Positions 46,341-56,364 of a stretch of DNA of 64,000 bases are shown here, one piece after another. A program made the translations under genes and the position numbers. Position 1 is the first letter of the stretch; each line of letters begins with the position of its first letter. Location: NCBI GenBank assembly GCA_028819255.1, contig JAPPMB010000041.1, positions 33,575-97,574 of the forward strand. The letters run 5' to 3'. The notes under the pieces were generated by a model. It did not search any database and had not been told where the DNA came from. It was given only the letters and a program-made list of their open reading frames with translations. The stretch comes from Bryobacterales bacterium. GTDB taxonomy: Bacteria > Acidobacteriota > Terriglobia > Bryobacterales > UBA6623.

Positions 46341-47014
46341 ACGTGGAAATGCTCGTGTTCGACATGGACGGCGTGCTGGTAGATCCAACGGAGACGTTTC
46401 GCCGCGCGCTGATCGAGACGGTGCGGCACTTTGCGCATGTGGAGATGAACCAGGACGACATCGTCCGGATCAAGAACGGCGGCGGCTACAACGACGATTC
46501 CGAGATTGCGATGCTCGCCATCCGCTCCGCCGGCGCCGACGTTGAGGCGGTCGAGGTGCGGGAGTTCGGGCGCGCACTCTTCTGGGGCGAGAACTGCGAC
46601 GGGCTGGTCCGCAACGAGCGGTGGCTGGTGCGTCCGGGGGTTCTGGAGCGGCTTGCGAAGAGCCGGCGCATGGGCATCTTCACCGGGCGAGGACGTGAAG
46701 CGACACGGCATACGCTGAACCGCTTCTGTCCCTCCATTGAGTTCGACCCGGTGGTGACCCACGAACTCGTCGAGCACGGCAAGCCCGCGCCTGACGGACT
46801 GCAGTTCATCCAGCGGGCCAAGCCCGAGGCCGAGATCGTGTTTGTCGGAGACAACATCGACGACTGCCGCTCGGCCCGCGCCGCAGGCGTGCGATTCGTC
46901 GGAATCGCCTCGAGCAGGACTCCGCGATACCGTGAGACGCAGGTGCTGTTCGAGAAGCTGGGAGCGGAGGCCGTGCTCGACAACGTCAACGAGCTGGAGG
47001 CGATTCTGGAATGA
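46337..47014 (+). CDS. HAD-IA family hydrolase embedded in the his operon (candidate histidinol-phosphatase)
   Basis: Motif [12 protein letters not shown], motif II IFTGR, motif III/IV K...VGDNIDD. ATGA overlaps at both ends (with the hisC stop and the hisB start). Confidence 0.75.
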   Translation: MNVEMLVFDMDGVLVDPTETFRRALIETVRHFAHVEMNQDDIVRIKNGGGYNDDSEIAMLAIRSAGADVEAVEVREFGRALFWGENCDGLVRNERWLVRPGVLERLAKSRRMGIFTGRGREATRHTLNRFCPSIEFDPVVTHELVEHGKPAPDGLQFIQRAKPEAEIVFVGDNIDDCRSARAAGVRFVGIASSRTPRYRETQVLFEKLGAEAVLDNVNELEAILE

Positions 47015-47619
47015 CCCGCCCGCGGACCGCAACCATCGAACGCAACACCAAGGAGACCCGCATTGCGGCCAAGCTGGCCATCGACGGTCAGGGTCGCTAC
47101 GGCATCAGCACCGGAATCGGCTTCTTCGACCACATGCTGGAGTCGTTCGCCCGACACGGAGCATTCGATCTCGAGCTGCACGCGGAGGGCGATCTGGACG
47201 TCGACCAGCACCACACGGTCGAGGACTGCGGCATCGTGCTCGGGCAGGCTTTCGCCTCGGCCCTGGGCGACAAGGCGGGCATTCTGCGATCCGGCTATTT
47301 CCTGATGCCCATGGACGAGACACTGGCGGCGGCGGCCGTGGACCTTGGCGGACGGCCGGCGCTCGTGTACTGCGCGCCGTCGCCGTTCCGGCTGGTCGGC
47401 GACCTGCAGGCCGAGCTGCTGCACGATTTCTTCGACGGCTTTGCAGTCCACTGCGGGGCGAATCTGCACCTGCGGGTGCTCTACGGCCGGTCAAGCCACC
47501 ATCGCATCGAGGCCCTTTTCAAGTGCTGGGCCAAGGCGATGCGCTTTGCGTGCTCGAAGGACCCGCAACTCGGTGACCGGCTGCCCAGCACCAAGGGCAT
47601 TCTTGAGAAGGGCGTGTGA
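47011..47619 (+). CDS. hisB: imidazoleglycerol-phosphate dehydratase
   Basis: [44 protein letters not shown]. Confidence 0.9.
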   Translation: MTRPRTATIERNTKETRIAAKLAIDGQGRYGISTGIGFFDHMLESFARHGAFDLELHAEGDLDVDQHHTVEDCGIVLGQAFASALGDKAGILRSGYFLMPMDETLAAAAVDLGGRPALVYCAPSPFRLVGDLQAELLHDFFDGFAVHCGANLHLRVLYGRSSHHRIEALFKCWAKAMRFACSKDPQLGDRLPSTKGILEKGV

Positions 47620-47620
47620 A

Positions 47621-48232
47621 ATGACCGTTGTGTTCGACTACGGGGCCGGGAACCTGCGCTCCGTTGCCAATACGCTGGAGAGCGTTGCCGAGCCGTTCAG
47701 GATCGTCCGCGACGCGGGAGGCCTGGAAACCGCTTCGCGCATCATCCTGCCCGGAGTGGGCCACTACGGGCAGCTCCTCCGGTCGGTCGACAGGCTGGGC
47801 GTGAGGCAGGCGCTCCGCGACCGGATCTCGGCGGGCGTGCCGTTCCTGGGCATCTGCCTGGGGCTGCAGGCCCTCTTCGAGAGCAGCGAGGAGGCGCCCG
47901 AGCAAGGGCTGGCGATCTACCCGGGAAGGGTCGTGAGGTTCCCCAAGGACTCCCGCGTGCCCCAGATGGGCTGGAACTGCCTGGCGCCCCAAGGGGCGCC
48001 GCGGCTCCTCCAAGGCACCGGGAAACGTCCCTACGTCTACTTCGCCAACAGCTTCTACGTGCCGACCTCGGCTGCCGGGGCCTGCGCCGCCGCACTCTGC
48101 GAGTACGCGGGGCAGACGTTCTGCGCGGCTCTCGAGCACGGAAACGTGTTCGGCGTGCAGTTCCACCCGGAGAAGTCCGGCCCTCTCGGCCAGCGCATAG
48201 TGCGCAACTTCCTGGAGGCCGCGCCATGCTGA
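47621..48232 (+). CDS. hisH: imidazole glycerol phosphate synthase, glutaminase subunit
   Basis: [25 protein letters not shown] (catalytic Cys), GVQFHPEKS. Confidence 0.9.
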   Translation: MTVVFDYGAGNLRSVANTLESVAEPFRIVRDAGGLETASRIILPGVGHYGQLLRSVDRLGVRQALRDRISAGVPFLGICLGLQALFESSEEAPEQGLAIYPGRVVRFPKDSRVPQMGWNCLAPQGAPRLLQGTGKRPYVYFANSFYVPTSAAGACAAALCEYAGQTFCAALEHGNVFGVQFHPEKSGPLGQRIVRNFLEAAPC

Positions 48233-49005
48233 CCAAACGCATTATTCCCTGCCTCGACGTCACGAGAGGACGCGTCGTCAAGGGCGTGAACTTCGTCGGC
48301 CTGCGCGACGCCGGGGACCCCGTGGAGCTGAGCGCGCGATACAACGAGGACGGCGCCGACGAGCTCGTCTTCCTGGACATCACCGCTTCGAGCGACGGCC
48401 GGGACACGATGGTGGACGTGGTGGAGCGAACCGCCCGCAAGGTCTTCATCCCGCTGACGGTGGGCGGCGGAGTCCGGTCGGTCCGGGACGCCCGCACGAT
48501 CCTCGTTGCAGGCGCCGACAAGGTCTCGGTCAACACCGCGGCCGTCGAGCGACCCGAACTGCTGCGCGAACTCTCCGAGGAGTTCGGCGCGCAGGCGGTC
48601 GTGCTGGCAATCGATGCGCGGCGCTCGGAGCCCGGCCGCTGGAACGTCAACACCTACGGTGGACGCAAGGACATGGGCATGGACGCCGTGGAATGGGCCG
48701 CCGCCGGAGAGTCCCTGGGCGCCGGAGAGATCCTGCTCACATCCATGGACGCCGACGGCACCCAGAAGGGCTACGACTGCGAGCTGACGCGCGCTGTCGC
48801 CGAGGCCACGCGGATCCCGGTGATCGCCAGCGGCGGCGGCGGAACGCCGGCCGACTTCGTGCGCGTGCTGACCGAGGGACGCGCCGATGCGGCCCTGGCC
48901 GCCTCGATCTTCCATTACGGAACCTACACGTCCGACGGACTCAAGCGCCTACTGCACGGCGAAGGCATCCCGGTCCGGCTGCTTGATCCGGACCCGGCCA
49001 CCTGA
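48226..49005 (+). CDS. hisF: imidazole glycerol phosphate synthase, cyclase subunit
   Basis: [50 protein letters not shown]. Confidence 0.9.
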   Translation: MLTKRIIPCLDVTRGRVVKGVNFVGLRDAGDPVELSARYNEDGADELVFLDITASSDGRDTMVDVVERTARKVFIPLTVGGGVRSVRDARTILVAGADKVSVNTAAVERPELLRELSEEFGAQAVVLAIDARRSEPGRWNVNTYGGRKDMGMDAVEWAAAGESLGAGEILLTSMDADGTQKGYDCELTRAVAEATRIPVIASGGGGTPADFVRVLTEGRADAALAASIFHYGTYTSDGLKRLLHGEGIPVRLLDPDPAT

Positions 49006-49070
49006 ACCGCGAAGCGCCTCCGGGGCGGGCTCGCTCAACCGCGACAGGCCCGGCGCCATCCGAGGCGCGC

Positions 49071-49091
49071 ATACATTGCAGTACTATGTAT
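49071..49091. promoter_or_regulatory. inverted repeat ATACAT-N9-ATGTAT upstream of padR (candidate PadR operator), overlapping a TATAAT box
   Basis: ATACAT (49071-49076) and ATGTAT (49086-49091) are exact reverse complements. TATAAT at 49089-49094, 48 nt upstream of the padR ATG. Confidence 0.4.
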
Positions 49092-49141
49092 AATGGCTCT
49101 ATGCATGGAACGGGGGCCATCTTGCCAGGCGGGAAGCGGCC

Positions 49142-49492
49142 ATGAACATCGGCAAGGACCTGGTGGCCGCCTCGGCGGTTCCGCTGGTGCTGGCGATCCT
49201 TGCGGAGGGGGAGAGCTACGGCTACGCGATCCTCAAGCGGGTCAGCGAGCTCTCGGGCGGCAGACTGGTCTGGACCGACGGGATGCTGTACCCGGTCCTG
49301 CACAGGCTCGAGCGGCTCGGCCGGATCAAGGGGCGATGGGGCAGGTCGGGGAGCGGCCGCCGGCGCAAATACTACCGGCTCACGGAGAACGGCCGGGGGC
49401 AGCTCGCCGAGCAGAGGCAGCAGTGGCAGGCGGTGGACGCGACGCTCCGGGGAATCTGGGGCGCCCTTCCCGAGCCGGACGGAACGGCGTAG
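49142..49492 (+). CDS. PadR family transcriptional regulator
   Basis: LVLAILAEGESYGYAILKRV...DGMLYPVLHRLERLGRIKGRW...RRKYYRLTENG is the PadR winged-helix signature. Confidence 0.85.
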   Translation: MNIGKDLVAASAVPLVLAILAEGESYGYAILKRVSELSGGRLVWTDGMLYPVLHRLERLGRIKGRWGRSGSGRRRKYYRLTENGRGQLAEQRQQWQAVDATLRGIWGALPEPDGTA

Positions 49493-49511
49493 GGGCGGAT
49501 CGGAGGAACGC

Positions 49512-50894
49512 ATGGAAGAGGCGGAATCCGCGCTGGGGAGGGACGTCGAGGAGCGGATTGCGACGTGGCGGACCTATCTCCGACGACGGAGGACGATGGC
49601 CGCCGACAGCGACGAGCTGGAGGATCACCTTCGCAGCCAAGTCGCGGCCCTGGTCGAGGCGGGCCTGTCGTCCGACGAAGCGTTTCTCGTGGCGGTCAGG
49701 CGCCTTGGCGAGCTCGACGCGCTGACGCAGGAGTTCGCCCGCGAGCACTCGGAACGACTGTGGAAGCAGCTGGTCGCTCCGACGGTCCCGGAAGTGGAGA
49801 GGTCGCGCAGGCGTCGCCAGGAATCCCTGACCGCGCTCGGCCTGGCGGTCGCGGCGGCGGTAGCGGTGAAGGTGCCGGCGCTGCTCGGGTTCGAACCTGC
49901 CGTGCAGGAGGAGATGGAGGCGTTCTACGTGCTCAACGCCAGCTTCTTCGTGCTGCCGTTCCTTGCCGGGTATTTCGCGTGGAAGCGGGGCATGTCAAGG
50001 GCTCGGTGCGCGTGGGCGGCGGCGGCCTTCGTCGCCGCGGCCGCGACCGTCAACGCGCTTCCCCTCAGGCCGGCGAGCATGACGATGGTGCTAGCGGTGA
50101 TCCACCTCCCGATCGCTCTCCTGGTCGTGATCGGCTTCGCGTACTCGGGGGGAAACTGGAAGGATCACGACCAGCGGATGAACTTCATCCGCTTCTCCGG
50201 CGAGCTGGTGATCTACTTCGTGCTGATCGCCCTGGGCGGCGGACCGCTTACCGCGATCACCATGTTCCTGTTCATGGCCGTGGGCCTGGAGGCGGAGTGG
50301 CTCGCCCAGGAGTGGATTCTGCCTTGCGGGGCGGCGGGCGCGATCATCGTGGCCGCCTGGCTCGTCGAGGCGAAGCAGAGTGTGGTCGAGAACATGGCGC
50401 CCGTCCTGACGCGCGTCTTCACGCCGCTCCTCACCGCGGTGCTGCTGGCGTTCCTGGGGACCATGATCTGGACCGGAAACCCCATCAGCATCGATCGGGA
50501 AGTGCTGATCGGATTCGACCTGATGCTCGCCCTCGTGCTCGGCCTGCTGCTCTACTCGGTGTCCGCGAGAGACCCCAGGGCGGCGCCGAACGCCTTCGAC
50601 GCCCTCCAGCTGACGCTGCTTGTCTGCGCTCTGGTGGTCAACGCGATCGCGCTGACAGCCATCGCGGCTCGCATCTCCGAATTCGGATTCAGCGCCAACA
50701 AGGTGGCGGCGCTGGGCGAGAACCTCGTCCTGCTTGTCAACCTCTCCTGGTCCGCCTGGCTGTACACCAGGTTTCTGAGGGGCGAGGGGCCCTTTGACGC
50801 GCTTGCCCGATGGCAGACGGCCTACCTTCCGGTCTACTCGGCGTGGGCGGCGATCGTCGTGGTCGCCTTCCCGCCGCTGTTCGGTTTCGTCTGA
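49512..50894 (+). CDS. PadR-associated membrane protein (permease-prefix helix + DUF4153-like polytopic domain)
   Basis: N-terminal ELEDHLRSQVAALVEAGLSSDEAFLVAVRRLG (the prefix domain seen after PadR genes), then ~10 hydrophobic helices. GGAGG lies 6 nt upstream of ATG 49512. Confidence 0.6.
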   Translation: MEEAESALGRDVEERIATWRTYLRRRRTMAADSDELEDHLRSQVAALVEAGLSSDEAFLVAVRRLGELDALTQEFAREHSERLWKQLVAPTVPEVERSRRRRQESLTALGLAVAAAVAVKVPALLGFEPAVQEEMEAFYVLNASFFVLPFLAGYFAWKRGMSRARCAWAAAAFVAAAATVNALPLRPASMTMVLAVIHLPIALLVVIGFAYSGGNWKDHDQRMNFIRFSGELVIYFVLIALGGGPLTAITMFLFMAVGLEAEWLAQEWILPCGAAGAIIVAAWLVEAKQSVVENMAPVLTRVFTPLLTAVLLAFLGTMIWTGNPISIDREVLIGFDLMLALVLGLLLYSVSARDPRAAPNAFDALQLTLLVCALVVNAIALTAIAARISEFGFSANKVAALGENLVLLVNLSWSAWLYTRFLRGEGPFDALARWQTAYLPVYSAWAAIVVVAFPPLFGFV

Positions 50895-50996
50895 CCGGAC
50901 CCGGGAGCCGCCGACCCATCGGCCGCAGCCGGAGCCGGGGCGGCGCGCTAAGCTGTTGCATTGCGCCGCTGCGCGGTTCGCGTCCGGCGCAGCGCC

Positions 50997-51707
50997 ATGA
51001 TCATTCCCTGCATCGACCTCATGGGCGGCAAGGTCGTCCAGCTGGTGCGGGGAAGGGACAAGGCGCTCGAGGGCGGATCGCCCGAAGAGATGCTCAGGCT
51101 CTTTTCGGAGTTTCCCGTGATCCAGGTTATTGACCTCGACCAGGCGCTCGGCAGGGGGTCCAACCTGGAGATCGTCCAACGCGTCGCGGGCCAGGCGCGC
51201 ACCTGGGTCGGGGGTGGCGTGCGAACCGTCGACGACGCGCGGCGGCTGGCCCGCAGCGGGGCCGAGCGCGTGATCGTCGGCACGGCCGCCATCGGCCCGG
51301 ACGGGCCTGACACGCGATTTCTGGAACGTCTGCGTGGTGCCGTCGGCAGGGACAACGTGACGGTTGCGCTCGACTCGATGAATGGACGGATCGTCGTGAA
51401 GGGCTGGCGCGAGTCGACCTCTCTCACCGCGGAAGAGGTAATCGCCCGGTTTGAGCCGCACTGCGGCGCGTTTCTGTGCACCTACGTGGACAATGAGGGT
51501 ACGATGCAGGGGACGGATCTGGCGTGGTACAGGCGCCTGCGGGCCGCGACAAGCCGCGAGATCACCGCCGCGGGCGGCATCGCCTCGCTCGAGGAGGTCG
51601 GCGAGCTGCTCGAGACCGGAGTGCATGTGGCGCTCGGCATGGCAGTTTACACTGGTCGGCTGGATCTCGCCGATCTCGCGGAGCTGCACCGCCGCCGACC
51701 CTCGTAA
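50997..51707 (+). CDS. hisA: HisA-type ProFAR isomerase (resembles the eukaryotic His6-like subtype)
   Basis: MIIPCIDLMGGKVVQLVRG, VGGGVRT, IVGTAA, VKGWRE, TYVDNEGTMQGTD, AAGGIASLEE: the (beta/alpha)8 HisA/HisF pattern. Confidence 0.75.
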   Translation: MIIPCIDLMGGKVVQLVRGRDKALEGGSPEEMLRLFSEFPVIQVIDLDQALGRGSNLEIVQRVAGQARTWVGGGVRTVDDARRLARSGAERVIVGTAAIGPDGPDTRFLERLRGAVGRDNVTVALDSMNGRIVVKGWRESTSLTAEEVIARFEPHCGAFLCTYVDNEGTMQGTDLAWYRRLRAATSREITAAGGIASLEEVGELLETGVHVALGMAVYTGRLDLADLAELHRRRPS

Positions 51708-51780
51708 CCTGATTCGCAACCCACGCGCCTAGATGTTCGACAAATGACAACGAGGCGCTGCTCACCACGGCTGCCCTTGA

Positions 51781-52398
51781 ATGCTGGTTGATCCCGAGAC
51801 GATCGTACGGGCCCAGGCGGGGGACGACGAAGCCTTCACCGAGATCATCCGACTGTACCGGAAGAGAATCCTCGGCACGGTGTACCGGACGATCAGTCGA
51901 GGGGACGACGTGGAGGACGTCGGACAGGAGGTGTTCGTCCGCCTGTACGACTCGCTCCGGCAGTTGAGGACGCCGCAGGTCTTCGAGCCCTGGCTGTACC
52001 GCCTGACGATCAATGCCTGCTACGACTACCTGCGTCGCAGACGCAGGGAGATCAATGTCAGGATGGCGGATCTCAGCGAGGAGCAGGTGATCGCGGTTGA
52101 CGCGGCGCTGAGCAACAAGAAGGCTCTCGAGGAGAGCGAAAAGGAGGGTGCGCGAGAACTGCTTCGAACCATGCTGGACCGGGTCTCCCGGGATGATCGG
52201 ATTCTGCTGACGCTCAAGGAGATCCAGGGCCTGACGCTCAAGGAGCTGAGCGAGATCTACGGCGTCAACACGAACGCCCTGAAGGTGCGGCTCTTTCGGG
52301 CGCGCAAGCGTGCGCTGAAGGCCTACACGCAGATGGTCGAGGAAGCAAGGAAGCGAGCGAAGGGAGACGACTATGGCAGCGAAGAAAGCGATCCGTAA
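51781..52398 (+). CDS. ECF-type RNA polymerase sigma-70 factor
   Basis: Region 2 FTEIIRLYRKRILGTVYR...DVEDVGQEVFVRLY...PWLYRLTINACYDYLRRR. Region 4 LKEIQGLTLKELSEIYGVNTNALKVRLFRARKRA. Confidence 0.85.
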   Translation: MLVDPETIVRAQAGDDEAFTEIIRLYRKRILGTVYRTISRGDDVEDVGQEVFVRLYDSLRQLRTPQVFEPWLYRLTINACYDYLRRRRREINVRMADLSEEQVIAVDAALSNKKALEESEKEGARELLRTMLDRVSRDDRILLTLKEIQGLTLKELSEIYGVNTNALKVRLFRARKRALKAYTQMVEEARKRAKGDDYGSEESDP

Positions 52399-52780
52399 CC
52401 TCTTCCTGTTCCTGGACCGAGTGTCCGGGCCGGACATCGGGCCCTTGGACGAGAGAATCCTGAACCGCCTGTTCGGGATCGAGGCCGAGTCCGTCGTCGA
52501 GTTCAAGGCCAGTCCGGCATTCATCCCCCGTGTCTGGGCGGGAATCGACGCGCACAAGTCGGCGCGCTCCTCCTGGGCGTACTACCTGGTCGCCTGGTCC
52601 CCGCGACTGGCAGCCGCAACCATGGTACTCACCGCCCTCGTAGCGCTGTCGCACTGGATGACGATGGAGCCCGACAGCGGGTCCGTGGCGCTCGATTCGA
52701 GTTACGAAGACGTGCTCATCCGCAACGCTATGGACCAGAGTGACGGAGCGATCTTCGTGCTTGCCGAGAACGGGGAATGA
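52373..52780 (+). CDS. putative anti-sigma factor / small membrane protein
   Basis: Overlaps the sigma gene by 26 nt. One TM (WAYYLVAWSPRLAAATMVLTALVAL). Assigned by position only. Confidence 0.45.
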   Translation: MAAKKAIRNLFLFLDRVSGPDIGPLDERILNRLFGIEAESVVEFKASPAFIPRVWAGIDAHKSARSSWAYYLVAWSPRLAAATMVLTALVALSHWMTMEPDSGSVALDSSYEDVLIRNAMDQSDGAIFVLAENGE

Positions 52781-53196
52781 CAAGCAATCAGTCAAAGAAA
52801 CGGGCAGCCCTGGCACTCGCCGCGGTGTTCGTGGCGGGAGCGGCTCTGGGGTTTGCGGGGTCGCGGTTCGCCGGACGCGGCGGCCACGGAGCCTGGGAGA
52901 TGACCGCCCGCCAGTACCGCTCGCACCTGCTCGAGACGCTTGTCTCGCGGCTGGACCTTACGGAGGACCAGCAGGGCAAGGTGGAGGGGATTCTGGACGA
53001 GATCGGGGACCGCTTCGAATCGGTCCGGGACGCGATCGAGCCTGAAATGGAAGCGATACGGGCGGAACGGACGGAGCGGATCATGCTGGTTCTGGAACCT
53101 TCCCAGAGGGCCAAGTACGAAGTGATCCTGGACGAGCGGAGCCGCAGGCGCGAACGGCACATGGAGCGTCACCGCAGGGGCGCGGGAGAGCGCTAG
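52777..53196 (+). CDS. periplasmic Spy/CpxP-like (LTXXQ) protein
   Basis: ATGA overlap with the upstream gene. Signal/anchor ALALAAVFVAGAALGFAG. LTEDQ motif. Helical, charged. Confidence 0.6.
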   Translation: MTSNQSKKRAALALAAVFVAGAALGFAGSRFAGRGGHGAWEMTARQYRSHLLETLVSRLDLTEDQQGKVEGILDEIGDRFESVRDAIEPEMEAIRAERTERIMLVLEPSQRAKYEVILDERSRRRERHMERHRRGAGER

Positions 53197-53618
53197 GGGC
53201 GGCGCCCCTTCAGGAGCGCCCGGAGCATGTCCCTCTCGGATTCGTAGCTCAGCCTGGCAAGCGCCGCCTCCGGGGCAAGCCAGGCCATGTCCACGACTTC
53301 CCTCGATGGCGTGAAGGCGCCGCCCGGGACCGCAACCATCTCGAAGAACACGACGATCTTGGGCCGGGTGCCGACATAGTAGGGCAGGGCTCCTCCGAAC
53401 CCGACAATCCCGGCCGCGGAACCGGTCTCCTCCAGGACCTCGCGGAGGGCTGCCTGCTCCCAGTCCTCGCCGGGTTCGAGCTTGCCCTTGGGCAAGCTGC
53501 ACTCGTCCCGTGCATGGCGGTTCCTGACAACCACTGCAAGCTCCCTGCGCTCCGCAGTTCGCCAGACGACCCCGCCCGCAGCACGTATGAACGGGGGGTG
53601 GGCCGGTCCGCTCGCCAC
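53193..53618 (-). CDS. NUDIX hydrolase
   Basis: Nudix box GKLEPGEDWEQAALREVLEETG. I chose GTG 53618 as the start to avoid overlap with gpmI; the long ORF (to 54197) runs antisense over gpmI. Confidence 0.7.
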   Translation of the reverse strand: MASGPAHPPFIRAAGGVVWRTAERRELAVVVRNRHARDECSLPKGKLEPGEDWEQAALREVLEETGSAAGIVGFGGALPYYVGTRPKIVVFFEMVAVPGGAFTPSREVVDMAWLAPEAALARLSYESERDMLRALLKGRRP

Positions 53619-53626
53619 AGGCTGAG

Positions 53627-55165
53627 TCAAGCGACCTCGCGCAAGTCGCGGCCCGTCATCTCCGGCGGCCGCGGCACGCCGAGGCAGGAAAGGATGGTGG
53701 GCGCGATGTCCCGCAGCGACCCGCCCCCGGCGAGCGGGCCTTCGTGATCGCTCGCCAGGATGAAGGGCACCGGAAACGTAGTGTGGTACGTGTGCGGAGC
53801 ACCGGTCTCGGGATCGACCATGAGGTCGGCATTGCCGTGGTCGGCGGTGACGATCCACTGGCCGCCCCGGCGCTTCAGGGCCGCCTCGATCCGGCCCAAG
53901 CAGTCGTCCACGGTCTCGCACGCCCTGACAGCCGCGTCCAGCACACCGGCGTGGCCGACCATGTCCCCGTTCGCGAAGTTCACGACGATCAGCTCGAACG
54001 ACCGGCTCTCGATCCCTCGCACGACGGCGTCGCAGACTCCTTCCGCGCTCATTTCCGGCTGCAGGTCGTAGGTCGCCACCTTCGGTGAGGGCACCATCTC
54101 GCGCTCCTCGCCCCGGTAGGGAGTCTCTCGCCCGCCGTTGAAGAAGTACGTCACGTGAGGATACTTTTCGGTCTCGGCCACGCGAAGGTTCCGCCATCCC
54201 TGCTCGCTGGCGATCTCTCCGAGAATCCGCTCGGGAAACTGGGGCGGCACGACGACCGGATACGGATAGTTCCGGTCGTATCGGGTCATGGTGACGTAGT
54301 GGAGGTCTCTGGGAGCCAGGTTCCTGCTGACTCCGTCCAGAAGCGGGTCGTTGAGCGCCAGCGTCAGCTCCCGCCCGCGGTCGGCGCGGAAATTGAAGAA
54401 GATGACCGAGTCGCCGTCCCGGATGCGGCCGAGGGGCGAGCCGTCGGCTCCGGTGATGACGGTCGGCATGACGAACTCGTCGGTGACGCCGGCCGCGTAG
54501 GACGCCCGAAGGGCATCCTCCGGGTCCGCCGCCCGCACACCTTCGCCGGCAACAATCGCCCGGAAGGCCTTGTCGACGCGATGCCAGCGATTGTCCCGGT
54601 CCATCGCGTAGTAGCGGCCACTCAAGGTGGCGATGCGGCCGCAGCCGATCTGCTCCATGCGATGCAGCAGTTCCCGGAGGTGGCCCGCGCCACTCGTCGG
54701 CGGCGTGTCGCGACCGTCGGTGAAGGCATGAACGAACACAATCTCCACGCCGGCGTCCCGCGCGGCCCGCAGCAGCGCGTACAGGTGCGTTGCCAGAGAA
54801 TGGACGCCGCCGTCGCTGAGCAGCCCGAGCAGGTGCAGAGCACGGCCTCGGGCGTGGGCCAGGGCGCCCCTCAGCGCGGGATTGTCAACCAGCCGGCCCG
54901 ACCGGACCAGATCGTCGATCCGCGTGATGTCCATCTGGATCACCCGCCCGGAGCCGATGTTCAGGTGCCCAACCTCGCTGTTGCCCATCTGGCCCTCCGG
55001 AAGGCCCACAAATGGCCCGTCGGTCCGAATCAGTGTCCGCGGGAATGTGCGCCAGAGACGGTCGAAGTTCGGTGTCCGGGCGAGCGCGACGGCGTTGTTG
55101 GCCGGGTCGGGATTGTGGCCCCAGCCGTCCATGATGGTGAGTACGAGCGGTCTGCCTGTCGGCAT
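53627..55165 (-). CDS. gpmI: 2,3-bisphosphoglycerate-independent phosphoglycerate mutase
   Basis: LTIMDGWG, MGNSEVGHLNIGSGR, GLLSDGGVHS, FTDGRDTPP, NFANGDMVGH, VTADHGN. Confidence 0.9.
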   Translation of the reverse strand: MPTGRPLVLTIMDGWGHNPDPANNAVALARTPNFDRLWRTFPRTLIRTDGPFVGLPEGQMGNSEVGHLNIGSGRVIQMDITRIDDLVRSGRLVDNPALRGALAHARGRALHLLGLLSDGGVHSLATHLYALLRAARDAGVEIVFVHAFTDGRDTPPTSGAGHLRELLHRMEQIGCGRIATLSGRYYAMDRDNRWHRVDKAFRAIVAGEGVRAADPEDALRASYAAGVTDEFVMPTVITGADGSPLGRIRDGDSVIFFNFRADRGRELTLALNDPLLDGVSRNLAPRDLHYVTMTRYDRNYPYPVVVPPQFPERILGEIASEQGWRNLRVAETEKYPHVTYFFNGGRETPYRGEEREMVPSPKVATYDLQPEMSAEGVCDAVVRGIESRSFELIVVNFANGDMVGHAGVLDAAVRACETVDDCLGRIEAALKRRGGQWIVTADHGNADLMVDPETGAPHTYHTTFPVPFILASDHEGPLAGGGSLRDIAPTILSCLGVPRPPEMTGRDLREVA

Positions 55166-55321
55166 TGGTCCCCCCAGTCCCAATTATTCCGCAAGGTGCC
55201 CCCGGATGATCCGGGTAGCCGGCGCACCGTCGGGGGCTGTCGAAGGCAGGCTGCACGACGCCACGGGAGGCGAGGTCGCAAGAAAGTCGTGTGCACGATC
55301 CCGCCCCGGTGCCGCGGTCCG

Positions 55322-56335
55322 TCAGCCCTTCCGGCCAAGAATCCGGTCGAGCGCGTCGGATGTCTGGTAGATCAGGGCCTCCGGATGGTGCTCGAACGGG
55401 TGAAAGTACTCGAACGTCAGGTAGCCGTCGTACCCGACCCTGTCCAGTTCCTCGACGACGGCGGGCCAGTTCGTCGTTCCGTCCAGCAGCGTGCGGAAGG
55501 TGTTGAGGTTGAACTCGTGGGTTCGCTTGTCCCACTCCTTCAGATGGACGTTCCGGATCCGCTTGCCAAGGATCGGAATCCAGTGCTCCGGGAACTGATA
55601 CTGCATGATGTTCCCCGTGTCGAAGTGCACGTTGACAGCCTCGCTCTCGAAGCCGTCCACGAAGGCCGCCATCTCCTGGGGACTGAACAGGAATCCGTTC
55701 GCAAAGATGTTCTCGATGTTGATGGAGACGCCCGACCGCTCCGCCCTCGGAATCAGCGCTTGCACGGCCTTCCTAGCGAGCCTCTCGCATACGTCGTTCG
55801 GCACGGGAACGGGATCTTCCAGCCATGGCGCATAGACGGCGCCCGGCACAACGAGCAGGTTGTCCGTGCCGAGCAGCGCCGCGGCGTCGATCATCCTTTC
55901 TGCGAGCTCGATCCCCCGCGCCCTGCGGTCGCGATCGGGATGGGTCATCGAGTAGGGCCAGAACAGGAACGAGCAGACGCCGCTGACCCCGATCCCGATT
56001 TCATCGGCCATCCGCTTGATCGCCCGGATCTCGTCGTCTGACGACTCGGCAGAGAACTCGCCCTCCAGGTTGAAATTCGGCTCCACGGCGTCAAAGCCCG
56101 CGTCGCGGGCAACCTGGAGGCACTGCCGCAGGGACCACTTGTCCGGATACGGGAAGGCCCACAGGTTGATGGACTTCTTCATGGCGGGCGCCGGCGTCGG
56201 CGACTCCGGGGCCTGCGCTGCGGCGGCCGGCACCGCCGCAAGGCCCTGCCGGGCCACGAATGCTGAGCCGAAGGCTGCGGAATAGGCCAGCAGTTCCCGC
56301 CGGCCGGGATGGCTCGCTCGGATTCGATCGGACAT
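55322..56335 (-). CDS. Tat-exported sugar phosphate isomerase/epimerase (xylose-isomerase-like TIM barrel)
   Basis: Tat-like GRRELLAYSAAFGSAFVA. AP-endonuclease-2/TIM pattern GFDAVE, NIEN, HFDTGN, HLKEW. Confidence 0.8.
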   Translation of the reverse strand: MSDRIRASHPGRRELLAYSAAFGSAFVARQGLAAVPAAAAQAPESPTPAPAMKKSINLWAFPYPDKWSLRQCLQVARDAGFDAVEPNFNLEGEFSAESSDDEIRAIKRMADEIGIGVSGVCSFLFWPYSMTHPDRDRRARGIELAERMIDAAALLGTDNLLVVPGAVYAPWLEDPVPVPNDVCERLARKAVQALIPRAERSGVSINIENIFANGFLFSPQEMAAFVDGFESEAVNVHFDTGNIMQYQFPEHWIPILGKRIRNVHLKEWDKRTHEFNLNTFRTLLDGTTNWPAVVEELDRVGYDGYLTFEYFHPFEHHPEALIYQTSDALDRILGRKG

Positions 56336-56364
56336 TTTGCTCTCCAGGTCTGGGACCCGCCGGC

